NCBI GenBank assembly: GCA_002269645.1
Contig: NIVC01000630.1
Coordinates: 310,001 to 374,000, forward strand
Source of the DNA: Macrostomum lignano
Taxonomy: Eukaryota
Direction of reading: 5' to 3'
Length of the DNA: 64,000 nt
The notes below the pieces were generated by a model that saw nothing but the letters and a program-made list of their open reading frames with translations, had not been told where the DNA came from and did not search any database. Within the stretch, counting starts at the first letter, position 1. Every line of letters starts with the position of its first letter. The position numbers were made by a program, and so were the translations under genes. Below are positions 11,462 through 24,505 of this stretch, in pieces.

Positions 11462-14400
11462 ATGGCCACCACCAATGGTGGCGGAGGCGGCTTGAGCCCG
11501 ACTTCATGCAGTCAGCAGTTGGAACGTCGCAGTATTGAAGATCTTCTAGCTGGCGAAGATCTGTCCTTCATGGACGACAGTAGCAGCGATTCCTCCCGCG
11601 ATGTTGGCGAAGACGTCTTTGACGGAGCGTCAACAAATCAGCGAGATAGTTACGATGAGGCGGATGCTGCAGATGCCGCTTGGCGCTATCAGCAGATCCA
11701 GCAGCGGCAGCGGTTTGATGAGATTGTCGGGCATCGGGTGAAGCCGGACAGCTCGGTGAGAGGGTCTGGCGTCTCTGTGTGTACTTTTACTATAGGGCTG
11801 CGGTGTACTGAAGCATCACTGGTGTACTGAAGCATCAGGGGTGTACTGAAGCATCAGGGATGTAAAATGAGGCATCACTGGTGTACTGAAGGATCAGGGG
11901 TGTACTGAAGGATCAGTGGTGGGTACAAAGGGGTGTACTGAAGGATCAGGGTGGGTACAAAGTGGTGTACTGACGGATCAGGGTGGGTACAAAGGGGTGT
12001 ACTGAAGGATCAGGGTGGGTACAAAGGGGTGTACTGAAGGATCAGGGTGGGTACAAAGGGGTGTACTGAAGGATCAGGGTGGGTACAAAGGTACTGAAGG
12101 ATCAGGGTGGGTACAAAGGGGTGTACTGAAGGATCAGGGTGGGTACAAAGTGGTGTACTGAAGGATCAGGGTGGGTACAAAGTGGTGTACTGAAGGATCA
12201 GGGTGGGTACAAAGTGGTGTACTGAAGGATTAGGGTGGGTACAAAGGGGTGTACTGAAGGATCAGGGTGGGTACAAAGTGGTGTGTTCCCATTCAAAGTC
12301 AGGCAAACAATAGTACTGCGGTGCCTAGCCTTAGCTTGAATAGTGCAGCTCAACATTTACTAAAGTAAAGACGCAATTGAATTTTATTTTACCCTGCACA
12401 ATGCAATGCCAATTGCCAGCCATAGTTCTTAGTAATAATTAAATGAATATGCAAATTTTGGTCTAGTATCTCCACCTTTTATACTCTCAGCAGAATTCTA
12501 AATTAATAAAAATATATAATCACGAAAGAAATTTTTTTAATGTGGAGCCACAGTATAGTTGTCAAGTGATTTAATGCACTGCAACAAACTAATTGATCTG
12601 CCTACCCCCAACGCCTTGTTCGTGCCTCAAAGTCTGCTTAATATATTTCTGGTTTAAGAGCGTAACTGACCTTTATAAGTGCATTATTGAATTCACTATA
12701 AGCTACTGCTGAAGGATCAGGGAGGGTGTAAATGAAGTCTGAAGGATCAGGGAGGGTGTAAATGAAGTCTGAAGGATCAGGGAGGGTGTAAATGAAGTCT
12801 GAAGGATCAGGGAGGGTGTAGATTAAGTCTCTGAAGGATCAGGAAGGCTGTAAATAAACTGACTGAAGGATCAGAGAGGGTGTAGATGAACTGACTGAAG
12901 GATCAGAGAGGGTGTAGATGGAGTCACTAAAGAATCAGGGAGGGTGTAGATGGAGTCACTGAAGGATCAGAAAGGGTGTAGATGGAGTCACTGAAGGATC
13001 AGGGAGGGTGTAGATAGAGTCACTAAAGAATCAGGGTGGGTGTAGATGGAGTCACTGAAGGATCAGGGAGGGTGTAGATAGAGTCACTAAAGAATCAGGG
13101 TGGGTGTAGATGGAGTCACTGAAGGATCAGGGAGGGTGTAGATGGAGTCACTAAAGAATCAGGGTGGGTGTAGATGGAGTCACTAAAGAATCAGGGAGGG
13201 TGTAGATGAACTCACTAAAGAATCAGAGAGGGTGTAGATGAACTCACTGAAGGATCAGAGAGGGTGTAGATGGAGTAACTGAATAATCAGGGAGGGTGTA
13301 GATCAGGGGTCCCCAACCTTCTACGGGCGGCGGGCCGCATTGACAACTGGCTTAGGGTGTGCGGGCCGCATGCTAATACACAAACATAACGGCCCACCTC
13401 CTTTGCCTTGAACCATATTGATATTAGCTAGCATTCCTTCCTACTTTTCACTTCAACTCTTGACTGCGTGTACATTTGTGCGCTAGGAGTGGCTAAAATA
13501 GCAATCCAAATGAATTGAAGCGTCGCTTCTAGCAGTGGGGAGGGTAAGAGATTTCTGGGAATATTTTCAATACAGCTAGGAAAATTTTAACATTTTCGGG
13601 GGCCGCAGTGAAATCCAGTGAAATGCATGTAATGCAAACTACTGGAAGGTGCCGCGGGCCACAAAAAAGGGCTCGCGGGCCGCAGGTTGGGGACCCCTGG
13701 TAGATAGAGTCACTGACGGGTCAGGGAGGTTGTAGATGGAGTCACTAAAGAATCAGGGAGGGTGTAGATGGAGTCACTGAAGGATCAGAAAGGGTGTAGA
13801 TGGAGTCACTGAAGGATCAGAAAGGGTGTAGATGGAGTCACAGAAAGATCAGGGAGGGTGTAGATGGAGTCACTGAAGGATCAGAAAGGGTGTAGATGGA
13901 GTCACTGAAGGATCAGGGAGGGTGTAGATGGAGTCACTGAAGAATCAGGGAGGGTGTAGATGGAGTTACTTAAGAATCAGGGAGGATGTAGATAAAATCA
14001 CTAAAGAATCAGGGAGGATGTAGATAAAATCACTAAAGAATCAGGGAGGGTGTAGATGGAGTCACTGAAGGATCAGAAAGGGTGTAGATGGAGTCACTGA
14101 AGGCTCAGAGAGGGTGTAGATGGAGTCACTGAAGGCTCAGAGAGGGTGTAGATGGAGTCACTGAAGGCTCAGAGAAGGTGTAGATGGAGTCACTGAAGGC
14201 TCAATATTAGACAGGTGTTCATAAAATAATTTCAAACAAAATGAACTTCTACAAAGCAAAAATTCTGCAAAAACACCCGTCAGTTACTACTGGAGAGACT
14301 ACTATCGGACCAACCTAGCGCCGCAGTCAACGGCGGTCTGGGCACCAGCAGCAGCAACAATTTGTCACCGGTAATCCAACGCAAAGGCATTAACCCAAAT

Positions 14401-17400
14401 TGGTCATCTATAGCTCCGACACCAGACATTGAAGTCGGCGAAGTTGACGATGATGATAATATCGACGATGACCGACCGCGTAATGAGGCTTCAGTCGAAA
14501 CCGATCGCCTGCGGTTGCCGTTGCGAGACGCTGAAGGCGCCGAAGGCTCCTGTCAGGAGGACGGCGGATTGCGCAGTCCCCCAGACGGCGGCTCGGACAC
14601 CGAGTCCCTGCCCGAGAGCATCTATCATCAGCCGCCAAAGGCCGCGGATCGCGAGGCTGCCGCTCGTCTGGCGCGTCGGCTGTACCTGCTGGAAGGCTTC
14701 AAATTTACCGACGTGGCCAAGCACCTGTCTAGGAAGAACGATTTCAATACTATTGTTGGCGAGGAGTACGCAAATAATTTTGATTTCACCGGCGATACGC
14801 TTGACGCAGCGCTGCGCAAGTTTCTCAGTCGCTTCTGTCTGCTTGGGGACACCGCCGACCAGGTGAACTAGGAGTTTGAATGCTTCATCATGGCTTCTAT
14901 TTCTGATTTGTATTTTCCTTTTCATTCCGTGTTCTATCTCATTTTTATTCCGTATTCTATATCCTTTCCATTCCGTGTTCTATCCCCGTTCTAATCCGTG
15001 TTCTATCCCCTTTCTATTCCGTGTTCTATCTCCTTTCCATTCCGTGTTATATCCCCATTTTTATTCCGTGTTTTATCCCCTTTCCATTCCGTGTTCTATC
15101 CCCGTTCTAATCCGTGTTCTATCCCCGTTCTATTCCGTGTTCTATCCCCGTTCTAATCCGTGTTCTATCCCCGTTCTAATCCGTGTTCTATCCCCGTTCC
15201 ATTCCGTGTTCTATCCCCGTTCTAATCCTTGTTCTATCCCCTTTCCATTCCGTGTTCTATCCCCGTTCTAATCCGTGTTCTATCCCTGTTCTATTCCGTG
15301 TTCTATCCCCGTTCTATTCCGTGTTCTATCTCCTTTTTATTCCGTGTTCTATCTCCTTTCCATTCCGTGTTCTATCCCCTTTCTATTCCGTGTTCTATCC
15401 CCTTTCTATTCCGTGTTCTATCTCCTTTCCATTCCGTGTTCTATCTCCTTTCCATTCCGTGTTCTATCTCCTTTCCATTCTGTGTTCTATCTCCTTTCCA
15501 TTCCGTGTTCTATCCCCTTTCCATTCCGTGTTCTATCTCCTTTCCATTCCGTGTTCTATCCCCTTTCCATTCCGTGTTATATCCCCATTTTTATTCCGTT
15601 TTCTATCCCCTTTCCATTCCGTGTTCTGTCTCCTTTCCATTCCGTGTTCTATCTCCTTTCCATTCCGTTTTCTATCCCCTTTCCATTCCGTGTTCTATCC
15701 CCTTTCCATTCCGTGTTCTATCTCCTTTCCATTCCGTGTTCTATCCCCTTTCCATTCCGTGTTCTATCTCCTTTCCATTCCGTGTTCTATCCCCTTTCCA
15801 TTCCGTGTTCTATCTCCTTTACATTCCGTGTTCTATCCCCGTTCTAATCCGTGTTCTATCCCCTTTCTATTCCGTATTCTATTTCCTTTATATTCCGTGT
15901 TCTATCTCCTTTCCATTCCGTCTTCTATCTCCTTTCCATTCCGTGTTCTATCCCCGTTCTTATCCGTGTTCTATCCCCGTTCTTATCCGTGTTCTATCCC
16001 CTTTATTCCGTGTTCTATCCCCTTTCTATTCCGTGTTCTGTCTCCTTTCCATTCCGTGTTCTATCCCCATTTTTATTCCGTGTTCTATCTCCTTTCTAAT
16101 CCGTGTTCTATCCCCGTTCTAATCCGTGTTCTATCCCCTTTCTATTCCATATTCTATATCCTTTATATTCCGTGTTCTATCCCCTTTTTTATTCCGTGTT
16201 CTATCTCCTTTCCATTCCGTGTTCTATCTCCTTTCCGTTCCGTGTTCCATCCCCTTTCTATTCCGTATTCTATATCCTTTATATTCCGTGTTCCATCTCC
16301 TTTCCATTCCGTCTTCTATCTCCTTTCCATTCCGTGTTCTATCCCCGTTCTTATCCGTGTTCTATCTCCTTTCCATTCCGTGTTCTATCCCCTTTCTATT
16401 CCTTGTTCTATCCCCGTTTTATTCCGTGTTCTATCCCCTTTCTATTCCGTGTTCTGTCTCCTTTCCATTCCGTGTTCTATCCCCATTTTTATTCCGTGTT
16501 CTATCTCCTTTCTAATCCGTGTTCTATCCCCGTTCTAATCCGTGTTCTATCCCCTTTCTATTCCATATTATATATCCTTTATATTCCGTGTTCTATCCCC
16601 TTTTTTATTCCGTGTTCTATCTCCTTTCCATTCCGTGTTCTATCTCCTTTCCATTCCGTGTTCTATCTCCTTTCCGTTCCGTGTTCTATCCCCTTTCTAT
16701 TCCGTATTCTATATCCTTTATATTCCGTGTTCCATCTATCCCCGTTCTAATCCGTGTTCTATCTCCTTTCCATTCCGTGTTCTATCCCCTTTCTATTCCT
16801 TGTTCTATCCCCGTTTTATTCCGTGTTCTATCCCCTTTCTATTCCGTGTTCTTTCTCCTTTCCATTCCGTGTTCTATCCCCATTTTTATTCCGTGTTCTA
16901 TCTCCTTTCTAATCCGTGTTCTATCCCCGTTCTAATCCGTGTTCTATCCCCTTTCTATTCCATATTCTATATCCTTTATATTCCGTGTTCTATCCCCTTT
17001 CTATTCCGTGTTCTATCCCGTTTTAATCCGTGTTCTATCCTTTTTCTATTCCGTGTTCTATCCCCGTTCTATTATGTATTCCATCATACATGTTCCTCGT
17101 GCTCTATCCCATCTCTATCGTACCTGCCATTTCTTCTTGCTCCTGTAAAAAATGATGCATTCTAATCCTATCCTATTAATCCCTTGGCAACTAAAACGCA
17201 GGAGCGAGTACTGCTTCACTTTGCCAAGTCCTACCTGCGCTGCAACCCGGCCAGCTACCCGAGCGCCGACTCCTGCCACACCCTGGCCTGCGCTCTGCTA
17301 TTACTGAACAAAGACCTGCACGGCATGACCGGCCAGCGAATGACCAGTCAGCAGTTTATCGACAATCTGGCCAATCTAAACGAAGGCGACAATTATCCTA

Positions 17401-20400
17401 GGGAGGTGTTGAAATCTCTTTACCAAGCGATTAGGGCGCAACCGATTTTACAGCCGGCTAGCGGTCCTATTGTGCCGCAGCATCTGCTGATGCAGCAGCC
17501 GGCTGGCAACGGCGGCGGCGGCGTCTGCGTCTTACGACCGACGCCTCAGCACGCCGGCGGCGTCTTTAACGGCCCTTACGATTCCAGTCTATCCTCGAAT
17601 CTTCAAGACGAACAGCAGCAACAGCAACAGCAACAACAACAACAGCAAGGTCCCGGGTTCGAATTCCGTCGAGGCTATCTATCCCGAAAACAGATTCTGG
17701 ACGCCGGCGGTCGTCGAACTCGCAAAGGTCGGCGAGCTTGGCGCCGAATCTACTGCGTATTGGTCGACCTGCGCCTGCTGCTGCACAAAGACGAATCGGC
17801 GGCAGCTGCGGCAGCAACTAGCGAACAGCCAACTGCAGGTGTGCAGGACGAACTGCGAGTGCATCACTCTCTGGCTAGTCCGGCCGGCGACTACGCTAAA
17901 CGACGTCACGTGTGGCGGCTTCGACTAGCAAACGGTGCGGAATACCTGCTGCAGTGCCAATCAGCCGAGGAGCTGGACGAATGGGTGGTGGCGGTGAACC
18001 GGGCCGCGGCGTTGCTGTCGTCTCCGGCTCTGCCACCGCCGGTTGGCAGTCAGCCAGCTTCGGCCTACGCCAGGCCGCTTCTGCCCAGCGTGCCCAGCCA
18101 TTTTGGACCGGCTGAACAGCTGGAGAGGCATCAGGAACAGGTTTGCTTTAATACCCATCTCTTTACTCGTGCTGGAAGCTATCGTTATTCATTGGAAACC
18201 CTATTGGTCTTCCCTAGTGGAAGCTTTGTCTTCCATAGTGGAAACCCTATTCTTCTTCCCTAGTGGAAATACTATTCTTCTTCCCTAGTGGAAACCCTAT
18301 TCTTCTTCCCTAGTGGAAATACTATTCTTCTTCCCTAGTGGAAATACTATTCTTCTTCCCTAGTGGAAATACTATTCTTCTTCCCTAGTGAAAACCCTAT
18401 TCTTCTTCCTTAGTGGAAATACTATTCTTCTTCCCTAGTGGAAATACTATTCTTCTTCCCTAGTGGAAATACTATTCTTCTTCCCTAGTGGAAATACTAT
18501 TCTTCTTCCCTAGTGGAAACCCTATTCTTCTTCCGTAGTGGAAATACTATTCTTCTTCCCTAGTGGAAATACTATTCTTCTTCCCTAGTGGAAATACTAT
18601 TCTTCTTCCCTAGTGGAAATACTATTCTTCTTCCCTAGTGGAAATACTATTCTTCTTCCCTAGTGGAAACCCTATTCTTCTTCCTTAGTGGAAATACTAT
18701 TCTTCTTCCCTAGTGGAAATACTATTCTTCTTCCCTAGTGGAAATACTATTCTTCTTCCCTAGTAGAAATCCTATTTTTCCCTAGTGGAAACCCTGTTCT
18801 TCCCTAGTGGAAACCCTGTTCTTCCCTAGTGGAAACCCTATTCTTCTTCCTTAGTGGAAATACTATTCTTCTTCCCTAGTAGAAATCCTAATTTTTCCCT
18901 AGTGGATACCCTGTTCTACCTTGGTGGAAACCCTATTCTTCTTCCTTAGTGGAAATCATATTCTTCTTCCCTAGTAGAAATCCTATTTTCCCTAGTGGAA
19001 ACCCTGTTCTTCCCTAGTGGAAACCCTGTTCTTCCCTAGTGGAAACCCTATTCTTCTTCCTTAGTGGAAATCATATTCTTCTTCCCTAGTGGAAATACTA
19101 TTCTTCTTCCCTAGTGGAAATACTATTCTTCTTCCCTAGTAGAAATCCTATTTTTCCCTAGTGGAAACCCTGTTCTTCCCTAGTGGAAACCCTATTCTTC
19201 TTCCTTAGTGGAAATCATATTCTTCTTCCCTAGTAGAAATCCTATTTTCCCTAGTGGAAACCCTGTTCTTCCCTAGTGGAAACCCTGTTCTTCCCTAGTG
19301 GAAACCCTATTCTTCTTCCCTAGTAGAAATCATATTCTTCTTCCCTAGTAGAAATCCTATTTTCCCTAGTGGAAACCCTGTTCTTCCCTAGTCGAAACCC
19401 TATTCTTCTTCCTTAGTGGAAATCATATTCTTCTTCCCTAGTGGAAATACTATTCTTCTTCCCTAGTAGAAATCCTATTTTTCCCTAGTGGAAACCCTGT
19501 TCTTCCCTAGTGGAAACCCTGTTCTTCCCTAGTGGAAACCCTATTCTTCTTCCTTAGTGGAAATCATATTCTTCTTCCCTAGTAGAAATCCTATTTTCCC
19601 TAGTGGAAACCCTGTTCTTCCCTAGTGGAAACCCTGTTCTTCCCTAGTCGAAACCCTATTCTTCTTCCTTAGCGAAAATCATATTCTTCTTCCCTAGTGG
19701 AAACTCTATTCTTCTTCCCTAGTCGAAACCCTATTCTTCTTCCTTAGTGGAAATACTATTCTTCTTCCCTAGTGGAAACCCTGTTCTTCCCTAGTGGAAA
19801 CCCTATTCTTCTTCCTTAGTGGAAATCATATTCTTCTTCCCTAGTGGAAACCCTGTTCTTCCCTAGTGGAAACCCTATTCTTCTTCCTTAGTGGAAATCA
19901 TATTCTTCTTCCCTAGTGGAAACCCTGTTCTTCCCTAGTGGAAACCCTATTCTTCTTCCTTAGTGGAAATACTATTCTTCTTCCCTAGTGGAAATACTAT
20001 TCTTCTTCCCTAGTAGAAATCATATTCTTCTTCCCTAGTAGAAATCCTATTTTCCCTAGTGGAAACCCTGTTCTTCCCTAGTCGAAACCCTATTCTTCTT
20101 CCTTAGTGGAAATCATATTCTTCTTCCCTTGTGGAAACCCTATTCTTCTTCCCTAGTGGAAACCCTATTCTTCTTCCGTAGTGGAAATACTATTCTTCTT
20201 CCCTAGTGGAAATACTATTCTTCTTCCCTAGTGGAAATACTATTCTTCTTTCCTAGTGGAAATACTATTCTTCTTCCCTAGTGGAAATACTATTCTTCTT
20301 CCCTAGTGGAAACCCTATTCTTCTTCCTTAGTGGAAATACTATTCTTCTTCCCTAGTGGAAATACTATTCTTCTTCCCTAGTGGAAATACTATTCTTCTT

Positions 20401-22764
20401 CCCTAGTGAAAATACTATTCTTCTTCCCTAGTAGAAATCCTATTTTTCCCTAGTGGAAACCCTGTTCTTCCCTAGTGGAAATACTATTCTTCTTCCCTAG
20501 TGGAAATACTATTCTTCTTCCCTAGTGAAAATACTATTCTTCTTCCCTAGTAGAAATCCTAATTTTTCCCTAGTGGATACCCTGTTCTACCTTGGTGGAA
20601 ACCCTATTCTTCTTCCCTAGTAGAAATCCTATTTTCCCTAGTGGAAACCCTGTTCTTCCCTAGTGGAAACCCTGTTCTTCCCTAGTGGAAACCCTATTCT
20701 TCTTCCTTAGTGGAAATCATATTCTTCTTCCCTAGTGGAAATACTATTCTTCTTCCCTAGTAGAAATCCTATTTTTCCCTAGTGGAAACCCTGTTCTTCC
20801 CTAGTGGAAACCCTGTTCTTCCCTAGTGGAAACCCTATTCTTCTTCCTTAGTGGAAATCATATTCTTCTTCCCTAGTAGAAATCCTATTTTTCCCTAGTG
20901 GAAACCCTGTTCTTCCCTAGTGGAAACCCTGTTCTTCCCTAGTGGAAACCCTATTCTTCTTCCCTAGTAGAAATCATATTCTTCTTCCCTAGTAGAAATC
21001 CTATTTTCCCTAGTGGAAACCCTGTTCTTCCCTAGTCGAAACCCTATTCTTCTTCCTTAGTGAAAATCATATTCTTCTTCCCTAGTGGAAACTCTATTCT
21101 TCTTCCCTAGTCGAAACCCTATTCTTCTTCCTTAGTGGAAATACTATTCTTCTTCCCTAGTGGAAACCCTGTTCTTCCCTAGTGGAAACCCTATTCTTCT
21201 TCCTTAGTGGAAATCATATTCTTCTTCCCTAGTGGAAACCCTGTTCTTCCCTAGTGGAAACCCTATTCTTCTTCCTTAGTGGAAATCATATTCTTCTTCC
21301 CTAGTGGAAACCCTGTTCTTCCCTAGTGGAAACCCTATTCTTCTTCCTTAGTGGAAATACTATTCTTCTTCCCTAGTGGAAATACTATTCTTCTTCCCTA
21401 GTGGAAATACTATTCTTCTTCCCTAGTGAAAATACTATTCTTCTTCCCTAGTAGAAATCATATTCTTCTTCCCTAGTAGAAATCCTATTTTCCCTAGTGG
21501 AAACCCTGTTCTTCCCTAGTCGAAACCCTATTCTTCTTCCTTAGTGGAAATCATATTCTTCTTCCCTAGTGGAAACCCTATTCTTCTTCCCTAGTGGAAA
21601 CCCTATTCTTCTTCCTTAGTGGAAACCCTATTCTTCTTCCCTAGTGGAAACCCTATTCTTCTTCCCTAGTAGAAACCCTATTCTTCTTCCCTAGTGGAAA
21701 CCCTATTCTTCTTCCTTAGTGGAAACCCTATTCTTTTTCCCTAGTGGAAACCCTATTCTTCTTCCCTAGTAGAAACCCTATTCTTCTTCCCTAGTGGAAA
21801 CCCTATTCTTCTTCCTTAATAGAAACACTATTTTTCTTCCTTAGTGGAAAACATTCTTCTTTGCTTATGGAAACCATTTACTTCCTTAGTGGAAACCCTG
21901 TTATTCTTCCCTAGTGGAAACCCTGTTATTCTTCCCTAGTGGAAACCCTGTTATTAAATTAATCTTGATCTTAATCTGTTTAGTCACTTCTCCATAAATG
22001 TTTCAATACTCTTTTTTTACTCCCGACTGAACTTATCTGTTGCGCAGCTGCCAAATCCAACTCATATTTAATAGCTGGCTTCATCAAACGCCCCTCAGGT
22101 GCTGCAAATCGAGCGAGAGCTGCAATTTCTCAGCGGAGACGTCGCAGGCAGCAGCAGCCCAGCTAACAAAGACAACAACAATGTGAGCGGCTCTGCGGCG
22201 GCAGCAGCTGCATCAGGCGACAACTCCTCCAGTCCAGCGGCCACTCCTTCGCCAGCTAATTTGCGTCGTCAAAATTCCACCGGAAGTAGCGGCAGCGGCG
22301 CTTCCGGTTCCTCGTCTGGCGGCCAGTCTAGCAGTGAGCACGCGAGACACGTGTCCTTCCTGCAGAACGAAGCAATCCGGTATAAGACCTACGCCAGGCT
22401 GCTGGAGCTCATGACTGCCGCTACCCTGGATCTGCAGCAGCAGCAACAGCAGAAGCACTACCAACAGCAACTGCAGCAGTTGCAATATCAGCAACTGCAG
22501 TTGCAGCAATTGCAACAACTGCAACAGCTGCAACAGTTGCCAACTGCAACATCGGCTAAGATGCCGCAATCGACGCTATTCGAAGATTCCCCGGCAACGC
22601 CCGAGCACAGTCTGTTAGAGTCGCCAACTTTTAGTAGCGGCGGTGCGTTTCGACCTCCGACTACGACGGCGACTACGACCTCCTCCTCTTCCTCAACTCA
22701 GCAGGCTGCGTCTGACAGCCTCGGCAGTGCGCCGGCGTCTGCGGAGCTTTACGAGATTGTTTGA
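11462..22764 (+). CDS. PSD (EFA6): PSD/EFA6-family ARF6 guanine-nucleotide exchange factor (Sec7, PH, C-terminal coiled coil), ~825 aa, 4 exons
   Basis: Exons 11462-11755, 14284-14862, 17202-18140, 22099-22764, all phase 0 with GT-AG. Sec7 (LARRLYLLEGF, FDFTGDTLDAALRKFL, GDTADQ|ERVL, ALLLLNKDLH), PH (GYLSRK, WRRIYCVL, DYAKRRHVWRL, YLLQCQSAEELDEWV) and C-terminal FLQNEAIRYKTYARLL. Exon 1 and the exon 2 acceptor are less certain; further 5' exons are possible. Confidence 0.9.
11800..14203. repeat. Two related G-rich 30-32-bp minisatellites in PSD intron 1 (~11800-12283 and ~12710-14203)
   Basis: Units ACTGAAGGATCAGGGTGGGTACAAAGGGGTGT and GTCACTGAAGGATCAGGGAGGGTGTAGATGGA. Confidence 0.95.
13304..13699. 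mobile_element. hAT (Charlie/Buster-like) MITE, 396 bp
   Basis: Perfect 16-bp TIR CAGGGGTCCCCAACCT / AGGTTGGGGACCCCTG with subterminal GCGGGCCGCA motifs. Left flank GTGTAGAT; right flank GTAGAT. Confidence 0.9.
14920..17070. repeat. 23-bp pyrimidine-rich minisatellite, PSD intron 2
   Basis: Unit ~TCCGTGTTCTATCCCCTTTCTAT; source of the FRVLSPF ORFs. Confidence 0.97.
18190..21952. repeat. 25/22-bp minisatellite with block duplications, PSD intron 3
   Basis: Units TTCTTCTTCCCTAGTGGAAATACTA and CCCTGTTCTTCCCTAGTGGAAA. Confidence 0.97.
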
Positions 22765-22799
22765 CAGATTTGCTTCTTCTAGTATAGTATGGAGTCTGA

Positions 22800-24505
22800 G
22801 CGCGGGGTCCCGGGTTAGAATGCTCACTCATATTGTCTTGATTGTTGAGTCTTGATAAAGTTGCGTAAATCAAAAACAAAAGTCCCGGCTTCGAATCCTG
22901 TCCTGATAGTTAACGTCTTGATAAATTTGCTTAATTCAAAAAGTAAGGTCCCGAGTTCGAATCCTCACTCATATTGCCTTGATAGTTGAGTCTTGATAGA
23001 GTTGCTTAATTTAACAACTAAGGTCCTGAGTTCGAATCCTCACTCATATTGCCTTGATAGTTGAGTCTTGATAGAGTTGCGTAATTCAACAACTAAGGTC
23101 CCGAGTTCGAATCCTCACTCATATTGTCCTGATAGTTGAGTCTTGATAAAGTTGCGTAAATCAAAAACAAAAGTCCCGGCTTCGAATCCTGTCCTGATAG
23201 TTAACGTCTTGATAAATTTGCTTAATTCAAAAAGTAAGGTCCCGAGTTCGAATCCTCACTCATATTGCCTTGATAGTTGAGTCTTGATAGAGTTGCTTAA
23301 TTTAACAACTAAGGTCCTGAGTTCGAATCCTCACTCATATTGCCTTGATAGTTGAGTCTTGATAGAGTTGCGTAATTCAACAACTAAGGTCCCGAGTTCG
23401 AATCCTCACTCATATTGTCCTGATAGTTGAGTCTTGATAAAGTTGCGTAAATCAAAAACAAAAGTCCCGGCTTCGAATCCTGTCCTGATAGTTAACGTCT
23501 TGATAAATTTGCTTAATTCAAAAAGTAAGGTCCCGAGTTCGAATCCTCACTCATATTGCCTTGATAGTTGAGTCTTGATAGAGTTGCTTAATTTAACAAC
23601 TAAGGTCCTGAGTTCGAATCCTCACTCATATTGCCTTGATAGTTGAGTCTTGATAGAGTTGCGTAATTCAACAACTAAGGTCCCGAGTTCGAATCCTCAC
23701 TCATATTGTCCTGATAGTTGAGTCTTGATAAAGTTGCGTAAATCAAAAACAAAAGTCCCGGCTTCGAATCCTGTCCTGATAGTTAACGTCTTGATAAATT
23801 TGCTTAATTCAAAAAGTAAGGTCCCGAGTTCGAATCCTCACTCATATTGCCTTGATAGTTGAGTCTTGATAGAGTTGCTTAATTTAACAACTAAGGTCCT
23901 GAGTTCGAATCCTCACTCATATTGCCTTGATAGTTGAGTCTTGATAGAGTTGCGTAATTCAACAACTAAGGTCCCGAGTTCGAATCCTCACTCATATTGT
24001 CCTGATAGTTGAGTCTTGATAAAGTTGCGTAAATCAAAAACAAAAGTCCCGGCTTCGAATCCTGTCCTGATAGTTAACGTCTTGATAAATTTGCTTAATT
24101 CAAAAAGTAAGGTCCCGAGTTCGAATCCTCACTCATATTGCCTTGATAGTTGAGTCTTGATAGAGTTGCTTAATTTAACAACTAAGGTCCTGAGTTCGAA
24201 TCCTCACTCATATTGCCTTGATAGTTGAGTCTTGATAGAGTTGCGTAATTCAACAACTAAGGTCCCGAGTTCGAATCCTCACTCATATTGTCCTGATGGT
24301 TGAGTCTTGATGGAGTTGCGTAATTCAACAACTAAGGTCCCGAGTTCGAATCCTCACTCATATTGTCCTGATAGTTGAGTCTTGATGGAGTTGCGTAATT
24401 CAACAACTAAGGTCCCGAGTTCGAATCCTCACTCATATTGTCCTGATAGTTGAGTCTTGATAAAGTTGCGTAATTCAACAACTAAGGTCCCGAGTTTGAA
24501 TCCTG
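22800..24505 (+). repeat. tRNA-derived higher-order satellite: 291-bp HOR (66+75+75+75) x5 plus terminal monomers
   Basis: TTCGAATCC recurs at 22890, 22956, 23031, 23106, 23181 and onward; HOR starts at 22861, 23152, 23443, 23734, 24025. Monomer has an A-box-like TAGTTGAGTC..GATAGAG and B box GTTCGAATCC at tRNA spacing. Confidence 0.9.

Noticed and set aside
22800-24505. Monomers as functional tRNA genes
   Set aside because: Acceptor and T stems do not pair properly and there are no individual terminators; kept only as a tRNA-derived satellite.
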